Shown piece after piece: positions 37,886 through 50,500 of a stretch of 64,000 bases of DNA (position 1 is its first letter; the number at the start of each line of letters is the position of its first letter). This DNA is from Raillietiella orientalis (Eukaryota). The notes under the pieces are model-generated. The model made no database searches. It was given only the letters and a program-made list of their open reading frames with translations, and had not been told where the DNA came from. The position numbers and the translations under genes were made by a program. The stretch spans positions 930,001 through 994,000 of the forward strand of contig JAYWIR010000006.1 in NCBI GenBank assembly GCA_036172245.1. The letters are read 5' to 3'.

Positions 37886-39589
37886 AGAACGGAGGTCTCG
37901 AGCGAAAGCTTTTGGTACGTGAAGTGCTGAAAGTAGTAGACGTAATCTAGATTTTTATGCGCTTATAAACAAGAGTACGTGCATGAGACTCGTTGGTTAC
38001 GTATTTTTTAAAGGCAGTCTCATCTGACTGAGAGACTTGTAAGTGCTTGCTTGCTCTCCATGGAACCCCTTCAAATCCACGTCTTACCATTGCGTTTGCT
38101 GAGTCTGTTCTTTCTCCAAGAGGGGGGTGGGGGGGAAGCAGTCTTTTTCTTCCCTGCTTTCGAAACGTTGTAGGTCCCGCTTATGAATCTTTCGAAGGAA
38201 CTTCAATTTTTTTTTGCGTTTTTCGAAAGTCTTATGGAAGGAGGGGTAGTCCGGCAAGTTTTCCGGCGAAATCCGTGCTGGCTAATTCGTGTGGCAACGC
38301 GAAAGAGCGAAAAGAAAGCGCCTTTTCGGAGCAAAAGTACCTCTGAGGACGACAAAGCGACGATCGTTATTAGTGCACGCCACTTCTCGCGTTGTGGGGC
38401 TGGCTTTCTGATCTTCACTTTCCTTGAAACACGTGTTGCCTCATCGCGAGGCCTCAGTGCATAATGAGCGCCGTATCAGGTCTCATCGCCGCCGCGGCAC
38501 GCGTCGAACCGCACTCGTCGCATCCGGTGAGTAAGCTTGCTTCGGACCAGGCTCCATAACCTAGGCAACCAGACTGCCCGCCTTCTCCTTGACCTTCGCG
38601 AAAGTTCTTGCAGGATTCGATTTCACTCGATCGCTCGATCCGTGCGAGCCGGATGATCGATAGATCTTAGACTAGTCGATGGAATATCTGGACGGGGGGA
38701 GATGACGTTCGTGGAGATATCCCCACCTTGTATCGACGGAGCTCGAAACGCTTAGGACGGAATCAGAGGGAATGCGCGTTGCGAATTCTGTTGGATGAAA
38801 AACAATGTGTGTCCTGGAATCCAGGCACGTCTGGCAGGAGGAAACAAACTCTTGAAGGCCAAACGAACATTCTCTTCCCACGGTTGAGAAATTGATCCGG
38901 CGATATATCCTCTTAGGCACTGAGTTTTCGTAATCTTCGAGCTATAATGACGAAGAGAGATACTATCAGGTGATGGCCAATCATTCGAAATGTATTTGCA
39001 TTAAAACACGAGGCACTACCAGCAAGACCGTGAGTTTCAAATGAATGAAGAGGATAATGGAAAGCAGGAAACATATAAAAGGAAATGAATCTCGTGGAAA
39101 TGAAGCGATCCCTTAAATATACAAAGAGGAGCAACAGCTATGAATGGCGTGTCGGTTCTCAGTCTACGGCTCCGATCACCGGTGATGTTAAAAAGGGCAT
39201 GTCCCTGGTAACTGGAAGGCGCTATTGGAGTTCTACCTCGTGTGACGTAAAACGGAGTACCCACACAACACGGATATCTATAAAGTGGAAAACTGATTCA
39301 GGCTGCACAAATAAAAGCCACCCAATCCTTAGCAGCTGTCATTATGTGAAAACGGTAATGGATGGAAAAGGGCGCGAGCCAATCAGAATTGTAAAGAACG
39401 CTCGCAGGAAATTCAAAATGTGCATTTCCCACTACGCCATCTTGGGAAGAAAACACACGACTACCTAACCTTCAAAGAGAGAATTTCGTGGAGTTCAGCG
39501 GAATTGGCTCACATTCTACAAGATTGTTCCTAATGGTGATGCCTTGTCGGCAGTAATCTGATGAGTGATCGATCACCAGTCGTGTAAGA

Positions 39590-39730
39590 GGATTCGCGTG
39601 GAAGACCAGCAAATATCGATTGCAATCTGTGATGAAGATTGGAGTTGGAAAGCGTCCGCAAACATCGGAAACTTCCGGGAATCGTTGGTTCCGCAACTTA
39701 ATTAGTTTGCTGTCAAAATTTCTCACTCTT
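39590..39730 (-). pseudogene. Possible CUB-domain remnant
   Basis: DVCGRFPTPIFITDCNRYLLVFHAN resembles the CUB C-terminal pattern xCGxxxPxxixSxxNxlxvxFxsd. Confidence 0.25.
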
Positions 39731-41439
39731 CAATCTTGGTGGACACGATAAGGTTCGGAGCGGGATGCAAGGCGGTTGCATCAGTGGAACGCATCCACTT
39801 TCCTCGAGGAGGCCTTCTTAGTCAGGGATTGCGCACTGCACAGATGGGACCGGTGCCTAAGGCCATACCACGGCTTGGAAAAAGAGATCCAAAAGTGCAT
39901 TCTTCACTTCAGTGAAGGCTCCGAAGAGCAGGGAATGCTGGTTCAGGGTGTCGAGACGACGTCGTAATAACACATTCTTATACGTACGCACCTAGAATTC
40001 AGTTTCTCGAAGACAAGCGAAGAGGATGTGTCAGATGTGTACTGCTAAGAAGGAAAGTTATTCGAGGCTGCTGCGGATGTGAGAATTTCAAAGGACGAAG
40101 CAATGGGGAGAAGGCCGCTGACTAGATGGAGTCATACATGCAGCCTTCTGGATAGTTCCCATAGCTCTCGTCAGCAGTGGAAGACACTTCTGGGAGATTT
40201 TGGAAAGATCGCGCAAGGGATACGCGATTTTGCATCTAGCGCATGCTTTATGTTGCTGATGAGAGCAGGAGCGCGTTTTTCCAACCCTTTGCGAAAAGAC
40301 CTTTGCAACCATCGTCGAAATTCAGGCGTTTTGCTGAAGCTGTGCCATCGGGCTTGGATCTGTAATTCTGTGTGCGTTCCTCGAGGGCCGGAGTCCTCAG
40401 AGGGTATCGCTGTCCTCGCTGTCAGTGGAAAGGAAAATGAGTCGACGGGGATGACGAGGAGCGCTGGCTTTTATCCACCGCATCCTTAGTTGCCTCCGTT
40501 CCAGGGGTCCAACATCTCTCATTTCTTCTTTCCGTTCGCCGGAGTAGAAAAAAAAATGCTGGTCAGGCGATGTGCTAACTGCTCTTCGAGTGGCGGTTCA
40601 TCCTGGATCGCTGCGTGCACGGAAGATCCCACAGCCACGAAGGAACAACTTTACCTGCTTCGATCTTTTCTTCATCCGTGCAGTCCTACCAAAGTAAAGA
40701 GTTCAAGACAGAGAGGTCTGTACATCACTAATCTACATGTACATTGCTAATCAGATGCTAACTAAAAAAGCACAAAGATGAATCAGTATGATAATAATCA
40801 CATCTGAAGCAGAAATCAGCATGCAAAATCAGCATACATCTCGAGCCATAAATTGATGATCCTAATGGTAATCTTTCAAGTCTGCCCATGCCAATTTGGT
40901 GGGAATCTCAAAAATGCAGCGAAAATTCGCACTTTTCAAAATGGCATAAAGCAGTGAGAAGTGAGAAATTTGTAGTCAACTTGCGTTTCAAGTCATTCAC
41001 TCGATAAAATATTATTTCGCACATTTTCAAAAAAAGTGCAAAAAGCAGAAACAAGGATTGGTTTAAATGGAGCATTTCGTTTGCAGCAGAGAGGAATGAT
41101 CACCCCCCACCCCCACCCTTGAGCCTGGTGGCTGGGGAGCTGAACCAGCATGGCATGCACGAATTTTAAGCATTTGTAAGTTCGTAACGGTCGGTTTGAA
41201 TGGGTTTGAATATTTGTCGGTTACTTTTCGGTGGTTTCCATACCTCGGGTCCCCACCATTGAGGAAACTTGAGATTTTGCAGTGAATGAAAAAGAAACCT
41301 GGACAACCCGGTTCCGCTATTCTGAGAACAAAAGTTCATACCTTCTTGTTGTGAAAATTTTTCGTATTTCATTCCAAAAAAACGTCTGCATCCATTCTAT
41401 TATAGAAAGCTTCATGTTGCCCATAGGACGTAGCAGACT

Positions 41440-42400
41440 CTAGGATAGACTATGGATAAAGAAGGTATGGGGAGGAACGCGTGTGTGATTGGATGGTAAC
41501 CATTGGCATTATTGGGGTTGCCAACTTCTAATTGAAACTGAAATAATCGAAAATTGGAGATTTTACTTTCTTTTGTGTACACCCCTTTCCCTTCTTTCTT
41601 CCTTTTTTTTTCCACTTAGAAAGGAATTTCGCTCGTGGCTGGATGCTGTTGATGCGTTATTTGAGGTATTGGGGAAACAAAATACATAGGGCCTTGACAT
41701 TGGTGTGACTGAGAAATAGAAAATGCAGACACAAATGAGCTGGGGTCGGCGGGAAGTAACTGCCTTCGAATTTTTGGATGAATATAGGCGTAGTCTTTAT
41801 AAAACATATGTTGAAGATGTTGAAGTGGAGCGAAAGAATTTGTGAGGGGTAGATCAAACGGATTTTCAGTAGTGGTCACTTCGCTCACTCTACTGTTCCT
41901 CGATAAGTTCATGCGTGAGTGTGGGAGGAGGTCATGTTGCTTGCTTTAGAGGTTTTGACATGTTCAGGCACGAAGAGATTCGGTGAGGAAGGGGATCAAG
42001 GGAAAATAAATTATTTAATAAGATGCTTGACTTACTTAGGAGTTATTTTCTGTATGTTTGAACATTAATGTTGCAAAATTCTTCTTGCATGATAATCGAT
42101 AGATAGCATGCACCTCAATTGGCCGTCGATTTACAGAATCGATGTTTCACATAAACCAATGAGACTTTGGAATGTAACTTGGGAGCAATAGAAGAAATGG
42201 GTAATAGAAGAATAATGAATGTAATGAAGAGTAATGAATTTTTCCATGAGATTGAGTGTCTATTCAAATCATCATGAAAAATGATGGTTAATAGGATACA
42301 AATGATGATTTTTTTTTTCGAGAAAGCAATGTCAGGAGAATGGCATGGAAGGATAGTTTGATAGTCGTTCAACAGACACGATTATCATCATTGTCCTTTT
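41440..42400 (-). mobile_element. Heavily decayed non-LTR reverse transcriptase (CR1/L2/Jockey-like)
   Basis: Ordered remnants SPDI, IIFHDDL..SISWKNS, LPISSIAPKLHSKV (cf. YRPISLL..K) and SQILSLHFNIF (cf. QGSILSPLLFNIF). AT-rich; may extend to ~43000. Confidence 0.35.
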
Positions 42401-43296
42401 TTTACTGAGCTGGAACAGATAACAACGTATGCAAAAAGGAGTCCTCGTTCTGGTTAAAAGCGGCGAGCTGGAGCAGCAAGAAAGTTTGGAAGAAAAAAGT
42501 TTTCTTCTAGCATAAATGTGGAAAGAAGGTAGATATAGAGAAAGAGAGAATAAAGGGAAATTTTATAAGGATTTGAATAAGGCAAAGGAAGAAATGTAAA
42601 GGTTTGTGGATCTAATGGAAAGTAGAAAAGAAGGATATATGTTCGGAGAAAATCATCAGGAACATAAGAAGGATGAAACGGAAGGAAAATGTTCGAGTAA
42701 AAGTGTGATTGGGATGAAGCGTCGGAAAGTCATTAATAGAAGGTTAAACAGTTCTGTTATTCAAGTTAAATATTCTTGTTGGAGAAGTTCATGGAGGCAT
42801 AGAGCAAGGAAGAACAGAAAGTATCCTTCAGAAGCAGTGAACGGACTATAGGAATCAACCACAGTTAGCATGTGCATTTGTGGACAGAACGACTGGCAGA
42901 ACGACTTGGTGTGGATGAGGAGTGTGGGATGCAACTTACAGAAGTGGCATTTCAAATGCAGCAACTTTCCAAGGCTGTAGACTATAGAAGTGAGAAAAAA
43001 TTTTCTCACATCGAGGCATTGGGGAAAAAACATTCAAATACATCGCTGTGTGTTATTTAGAGAGGATCAAAAGTATAAAGCTGATTTGATTTTTTTTTTT
43101 TTTTTTTTTACAGTGTTGATTAGTTTCCTTGAGAAATGAAAAGCATTCTTTCAAACTTTCTGAGTGCACATTTAAGATGAGATAAAGTCACCTTAACCTT
43201 AGCACTGTTTGAGCTTCAATGTAAGAAATGTACGACAAGTAACGTGTTGCATTTTTTAAGGAAAACTTCGGAAAACTCGAGAGGAATGATTTATTT

Positions 43297-44590
43297 ATGC
43301 TAATCGGTAAAGAGAAGGCCATGCAGTTTGTGGGCATGCATCAGTCTTCAAGCTTCTTCCATACAAACGGAATCCACCTAAGACACCTAGACTACAGTTT
43401 CGTCCATGCAGCAAGACTGAACCTTCTGCCACTAAACGCTGGACCAGCGAAGAAGGTTCACGAAAGGGTATGTCGGCGTTGCGGAACCGAGGACGAGACT
43501 TTATCACACGTGCTCAACAGATGTAAAAAGCACGCGCCTCTGACGATGCAGAGCCATGATGCTGTCCTGGAAATTATCAAGAAGGCCGCAATGGATGAAG
43601 CCAAGTGGACTCTGGTATCAAGCAATCGTCCGGGTGTCCCTCCGGAGAGAATGAGGAAGGAGATTCCCTTCGGGGTTCCCCTTCGGAGACAACCAGGGTT
43701 GGAGGTGCGAGAGAGACCTTCCCAAGCGTGAGAGGAACGTCCCTTCCTGCATTCATAAGGATCCCGGGGTGCCCCCTATCCTGAAGAATAACACGCACCC
43801 CTGCGGGCTGCCGCGGGCGGAGGGGCGTGGAGACAAAACAGTGTGTTTAATGTTTAAAAAGAGCCAAGTGCGCCGCGAGGCACGTGACCGGCTCTGAAGT
43901 ACTTAGAGAACCAAAAAAAAAAAAAAAGAAAACTCTTAAAAAAAAAAAAAAAGCTGGAAGAAAAAAGAAGAACCCAAGGATTTCCATCATCCTAGGCCGA
44001 TAGTAATGATCTCCTCGTGGGGGTCGCTACTGGCCTTTTAAAAAAAAAAAAATCAAGTAATCGCAGAGTGCCAGGAACCACCTCCACCCTAAAACCAGAC
44101 CTGGTTTTGGAAAAAAAGCGATCGAATAGGTGTGCTGGACATCTCCTGCCCATTTGAAAACGGAAAGGAGGCGTTCACCACATTTAGGAAAATAAAGGAA
44201 GCCAAATACCAGGATGTCGCCATGCAACTCGGAAACACTGGGAAAATAACCAAAGTGCAGGCGATTCTTGTCGGCCATAATGGGATCCTGAAAACGACAA
44301 CGTTCTACAATACACAGGAATTCCGAAAAAGAAGCTGATAAGGATACGGCAGCGGATGGTTGCCACCTGCATCTGCTTTTCAAGTACCATCTATGCATCA
44401 CGTGTAAGAAGGAAAAATGCAGCCCCACCAGATGATCTGGACAATGCTCTCACCCCGGAAGAGAGCACCGAGGAACCGTGAAGAACACGGAGGGAACATC
44501 ATTCGTGTAAGATTCTCCATTGCCATTCCAGCAACAGTTATTGTAATAACCCAAATGCTCAATGTAAAGATGAACAAATGAACAAAACAG
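43297..44590 (+). mobile_element. 5'-truncated RLE-type non-LTR retrotransposon (Utopia/NeSL-like), interrupted by a SINE
   Basis: FVHAARLNLLPLN, CCHC knuckle CRRCGTEDETLSHVLNRC and HDAV. After removing the insertion: VSSNRRVPGTTSTLKPDLV, then LDISCPFEN..K..KY..AILVG (PD-D restriction-like endonuclease). A-rich 3' end. Confidence 0.85.
43629..44051 (+). mobile_element. SINE-like element, copy F (5'-truncated, with extra 3' sequence), flanked by a 12-bp TSD
   Basis: Family body, GAGAACC-A15, ~100 nt extra sequence, then TTTT-A13. TSD ATCAAGCAATCG (43617-43628) and ATCAAGTAATCG (44052-44063). Confidence 0.88.
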
Positions 44591-47500
44591 CATCCCGTTC
44601 TTCATCTCTTTAAAAACAATTCAATACGGACTTTATCCTTGATATTTGTGTAATTCGAGCCATTTAGATTCCGTTCTGTCTTCCCTGTCGTGATGCGCTT
44701 TGCCGTCTAAGAGTGCTCTCTGTAAGTGGGCCTCACGTTCATCTTATAACTTTTCTTTCAAGTGAAGCGAAATCTTTCCAGCTTCGTTGTCACTCGACGA
44801 AAAAAATGATCGGCTTTTGGGCGAATCTCGAGAGGAAATTTGCTTTTGTTCGAGTGCTTCTTATCGTACCAGACCGATTTTCATGACGTTCAACCTAAGG
44901 TGAAATTTCCATCGTTCCAAAATTTCCATACACTCGACTTGGTGACAGAGCAAGCGAGAAGGTAGATGCAATGGACCTGAGTAAAAGTTCGTGTAAATGA
45001 ATTGCTTCAGTCTGCTTAATTTGTGTGAGGTACAAACATTCGTCTAATGGGTTCCGTCTTTGATTCCCTATTGATTTCCTATGATCGCTCAGTGTTTGTT
45101 TGCGTATCCTAAACGGATTCACTGGAACTTCTGATGAAGTTTATCAATGATTTCTAGGATTCCATCAATTCAGGGAGGTGGTGTTTTACAGGTTAAATAC
45201 TTTGCTGGTCTTGTAACTCCACTTGGCTCTTCATCTCCAGCATGACTTTCCATGCTTTACGCCCCCTAGGATTATATTTTGCGATAGTCCTACACGGGCT
45301 TTAACTCTGTTTCATCATCTTCATGGCGAACGATATCGCAGATGTCCTCATACCCTCGATGGTGTCATTTCCCCTATGTAGCTCTAAAACACCAGTCGAA
45401 TCTCTTCTTGCAATATCTTCCTGTGAAGTGCCTTTGTCCTCTCTTTTCGATATCCGAATTATGAATACAGAGCTCGCGATTCCTTCCTTTCGACAGATTC
45501 TTTCTTTTGACAAACTGTTTTTTTGTGTGTGTGTTTTTTTTTCGCTCCCCCATCGCATCATCAGCCATGACCCCAAGGAGCATTTGTGCGAATATCAGTT
45601 TCGGCAAAATGGCATCGCATTTCTGTTACACCACGGTTCGTGGTTGCTGCTGCGTTGCCGCTGCGAATAAAGTAGAAGATAGAATTCCACTCCAGCATCC
45701 GATAATCCTGATCCATTCGAATTTTGTAACTGGGGAAATTATCGGAAAGCAGGATCATTTATTTCCCTGGATGATTTTTTGGGTGTTCGCTGATAAGTTT
45801 CGACCGTTGCCCTACACTATAAAGATCACGTTGCCTTGCTGCAATTCCTCTCCACCGGCAAGGCGCGAGTGTTCTCTTTCTATCGACATTTTGAAATCGC
45901 AAATGGATCTGATGGCTCCTCGGATGTGCGAAGGGAAAGTTCTCTTGGTCCCACCAACTACATTTCTCATCTCGCATCTTCCTCTTTGGTCTAGCAAAGA
46001 GGTCCTGCTCCCAGCTGGTAAACCTACCTGACTTGCCCGCGTGGAAACGTGCTCTGAATCGCAGCCTCCCGCACTGTTTCTTCTTCCCGGTGCATGTCGT
46101 CTGGCTCGTCAGCCAGTGGAGAAAATTCGCGATTATTCCAAGCAGCCAGGCCCTCGAGACAAAGTTGTCGATTGGAGAGCCGTTGCACTTCTTCAGGCTT
46201 TGTTTGCTGGGTCGGGACTGGGAAACCACTGAAAAACTCTAAAGCGAAAGGCTTCGATATTTGAACCGGTGATGGATCTCTATTACCATTAACCATCTTT
46301 GCATCCCAGGTTTCTCTCCATGCAAACTCACTCACTTAATCAGAGGACTTCACTCCTGTTGGTTTTGCAGCTTCGTTCTCTCAGGCTTGGCTTTGAATTA
46401 ATTCGGCTTCAGCATTTCCATGTTCAATGTTGGGTTCTGCATCGTTAATTTGGTTAGAATGGGTTAGAGCTGATTAAAAGTTTCAAAACCTGAAATAAGA
46501 ACAACCGGGCTGTATGTGAGAAGAGAATTTTTCAGTAGCTTTGATCAGGTCTCCATTCCATTTCGAGATTGCTCCAGCAAGCCGAACTGGATAATGCTTT
46601 ATTTCACTTCAGAAATGGTAATCACTTGTTTCTTTGAGTCTTATTATTTGGGTCTCATTTGAGTTTCTTGAAATGGTAATCACTTGTTCCTTTGACGGGT
46701 CTCGAGTCTTATTATTTTGCTGAAAGAGCACGTAGTAAAAAGAAGAAGAAAAAATTGTACTGCCTAGAATGGAAGATGGAGCTCAACGAAAAACCGTAAT
46801 ATACGATTTCGACACGATGCAAATCAAATGATCCCCAGCCCTTGGGCCACGTTAGAAAATATGGAATGCAAGGAAAATGTAAAACATGACCAATTCGGGA
46901 TTCATGTCAAACGTAACGTACATCTTGAAAACCACCTGGGCGAAATAAAAAGGGAATTTTTGCCTGAATTTTTTTTTTACTTCATACTAAAAAGAGCGAG
47001 TCAGACTGATGAGAAATTCGTTGGCATAACCAACCTGGCAGATTTCCGAGTAGATGCACTTTCCTAGTATATGTACTAATATGAGTTTTTCACAAAAGGC
47101 ACCGGGATTCCAACCTTTGCCTGTTGTAATTTGAAGAGCCCCCCCCCCCTTCAAAAAAAAAAAAAACAAGCGTGCAAGGATTATTCATTAATGATCAACC
47201 TCGAAGGCTTTGATTTATGCATCCAGCATTAGCTTGCAGATCGATCTTGTAGATTGACTTTTCCACTCTTCCTTTTCGTTTGCTCTTCGCTTCTTTTTTC
47301 CTGAATCTGATTGTGCCTCGAAGATTAGAAAGTCAAATCGTGGTGGTCTCTCTATCGTGGATTTGTCATTAGTGCTTTCAGTGTACGGCAGTCAGAAAGT
47401 CTTCAGACGGGATCTCGAAGAGCACTCGTAGAATCTCGGCAGGAGATCACACCTTCCCCTGCGAAGACTTGCAGGGAGAGGTACGAAACATGGCCTGATG

Positions 47501-50500
47501 GGATACCGTTCGAAGGGATGGTACGGTTTCCATCTGAACCGTATGCTGCGATGCAACCCAGAGGAATTCAAAGCGGGACTTGAAAGCCCAAACTGAGCCT
47601 TGAAGATAAACGCTGCCAAGCTTACGCGACCGTTTTTCTGGTAATCCTTAATTTCAAGCCTTGGCAAGATTGAAATGCAAGAAGCAAAGGGTAATAAGGC
47701 AAGAACGAACGCAAGCGGCACCTGAACCTTCCCATCATCCTGGCAAGGTCCATGAAGACTCGGAGCCCCTCCACGAAATGAAAAATCCAGTGCTTTGAAT
47801 ATTATTAAGAATTCACGAGCATAGCAATAAGAGAAACACGTCGCAAGTTCGAATCAGTTAGTGCCCGAATCGGAGAAACTGCACTTTTCCGATGCACTCT
47901 CTTTCAACGGATTTAATTTCAACTCCGATCTTCGTCCGCCCCTCCGAGTAAATTCTTTTGTTTTAAAGAATTCTCCATGGACAGTTCATTCAGAAAATTT
48001 CAGCGATCACTGCGAAGAACGCCCGAACGAGCAGGACGGAATACGGAAGGGCTGGAAGTATTTTCAAGATGGCAGACAAATGTCACTCAGAGCCCAGATG
48101 AAAAGGTCAAAAACTCCCCAGGATATTAAAGATGGGCTTGCGCGCCAGCCCATCGAAATGCAGTTCCCCACGGAAATTCGTACCGCAGGTGACTTACGGA
48201 CCGAGCCTGCATCAGGAAATCGCATCAAAGAAAATGGTGGTAGGAAAGAGGAATAAAGTGACAAATACGACAACGTTCTACCTCGAGGTTCCGATGGCTT
48301 AGCCGGCCACGAACGGAGGAAGGGAGGACCGCTTCCGCCCGAGGAGTGGAGACTTTTTGAAAATGCAAACGGCATTCGAAAACACCCTTGTTGCGTTTTG
48401 GATATTCGAGGCAAGGTTGATGCAATAAAGAAGCGTGCATCAAGGATTAAAAAAAAAAAAAAAAGAAAAAATCAACCCCGGAGACATCAGCTCTCGAATT
48501 TCCAAAACGCAAGTCGTGAAGATGCTCCCTTGGCGCTGATGGTTCTCGAGCTCAGATACACGCCGGGCGCCAGAGCAAAGAACAAACCCGTTTCTTGGCT
48601 TGGGACCGCTCATCGTCGAACAGCACCCGTTGCCTGCAGCCCCGACTCTTTGTGCTCTTCCGTCTTTACCTCGTGAGCGCTTGGAAAGAGGTCAGTGAAG
48701 CGGAATTCTGTCTCCATGCATCCTCAAGCGATCCTTCACCGACAGATTTCGGAAGAATAGATATGTGGAAACATGGACCAGGTGGTCAGAAGAGATTCGA
48801 GCAAAACCGGAGACACGGATCTGATTGCTCCCGACCGGCCGTTTGACTGGAGAGGCCCAATATCTTCTCATGTTGAAGACGGAGCTACGGCTCCCATTTG
48901 GGATGATGCTCTTGATGGCCGGGGACAGAATGTGACATTGATGCCTACCTGCGCTCGAGATCCGAAGGAGAACGGCATCGGTTGCTGCCTCGCAACCGTG
49001 ACCGTATGGACGGCAGACTGCTCGCTGCCCTGCGGAAAGAATATCAATGGATCTCCCGCCACTCTGCAAACTGCAACCTTGGCGGCAGGAGGCAGTGAGC
49101 ATGGATGAACCCACCTCACGCTCGCTGACACAGCGTTCATACATCCCATCCACAGCCTGGGGGCAGTCTCCCTGGAGAAAGTGGAAAAGGTCCAGAAGAA
49201 GCGGTCCTGAGTCACCACTACCCCCATGGACGCAACGTTGTTCTTCCTACGAGGGGACGGGGAAAATGACAGTTGCCAACTGGCAGAGTGGCTGACTTCG
49301 TGGGAGGAGCGACGGGCCAGTTAGGTGTCAGTGACGCCCAGTACCCGCGCCGGAGGAGGAAGGGAGGGGAGAAGGGGACCGCTTCCGTGGGCAAGATAAC
49401 CGGACATTCCGCCGCCGTAGGTCATTGCGATCCCGATACCTCCGTGCCCACCCTGCAGATGGTGGCACGGGGAAGAGGTTTCGCCGTGCGTCCTCCCCGC
49501 AAAACCGGCGGTGGCATCTCTGGACCAGGGACAGAGTTTTTCCAAACTGCGACAGCTTTCCGGGAGCCTTCCAGAGAGCACGGAAACGAGACCGGGACGG
49601 TGCGAAAGAGCCGCCGCGGCGCTGCCGCTTGACGCGGGACCTCTGCTTTCCCGGTCCCGTGTTGCGTCGGGAGGACCCCGTCGTCCCGGAACACGCAGGA
49701 GCACCGGCGAGGGGAAGGGCCGCCCAACTCGACGCCTCGCCGATGAGGAATGCGGCGAAGCGGTCCTTGAATGATGCCAGAACGAAGGAAGAGCGCCTCC
49801 TGCATCGCACGCAGGTCACGGAAGACACGCAGGGAGGTGTGACTGGTGACCCCATGCGCCTCCATCCCCTCTCATTTATCGATTTCTTGTCCCCCGCCCC
49901 CATTCCTGTTCTTCTGCGCAGCCGGCCTGCGGGTCGGTGGTTTTCCTCCTCATCCTGAAACTCCGATGGACTCGTGGATTTCGTTATCCACGCGGCCGGT
50001 TGCCTTTCCTTTATTTGGAAAAGGAACCGGCGCAACCGGGGGAAAACGGTCGGGACAACGAAACCATGTTTCGCATTGCCGAGTTCCGCTTCACAAACCT
50101 TGTAATCGGTGCCTTGGAACACTAACTTCTAACACTAACTAACCAAAACTTCCAAGATTCCTCCTCTCCGATAAACGGTCTCAGGCTCGGATGATGACCA
50201 CCCTTCTTGGACAGCAACGATTGGTGCGATTCGCGCTGGGATTGGACGGCAGGCACATCCAACGGCACCCGTCGCTTTGTCCTGTCGTCCCTTCCTGTAA
50301 GCGGCACAGCGAAGCTGCTAAGGACCTTTTTCACCCAACTCGAGGTTACCGACGGACCTCATGTGCTTGTTGTCGCCCTACAAAGGTCGAAAGTCTGGTC
50401 TGCCGTTCGAAAGTCTGGACTCCCTTTCTGTGCTCCCGATTCGTGTTCTCGAATCCCTCACGTCTTTCATTCTCTCTCGTTCTCAACGACATTTCCTAAA

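Noticed and set aside
39370..39450. CCAAT plus GCCATCTT (YY1-like) promoter motifs; also GCCATCTTGG at ~28796
   Set aside because: No intact downstream gene could be linked, and motifs this short occur by chance.
46611..46718. Short direct repeats (GAAATGGTAATCACTTGTT x2; similar at 57440-57500) as a CRISPR-like array
   Set aside because: Only two or three irregular copies in eukaryotic DNA; ordinary local duplications.
50200..50400. USP-like motif (LDSNDWCD...TQLEVTDGPHVLVVALQR)
   Set aside because: A single short resemblance with no Cys or His box nearby.
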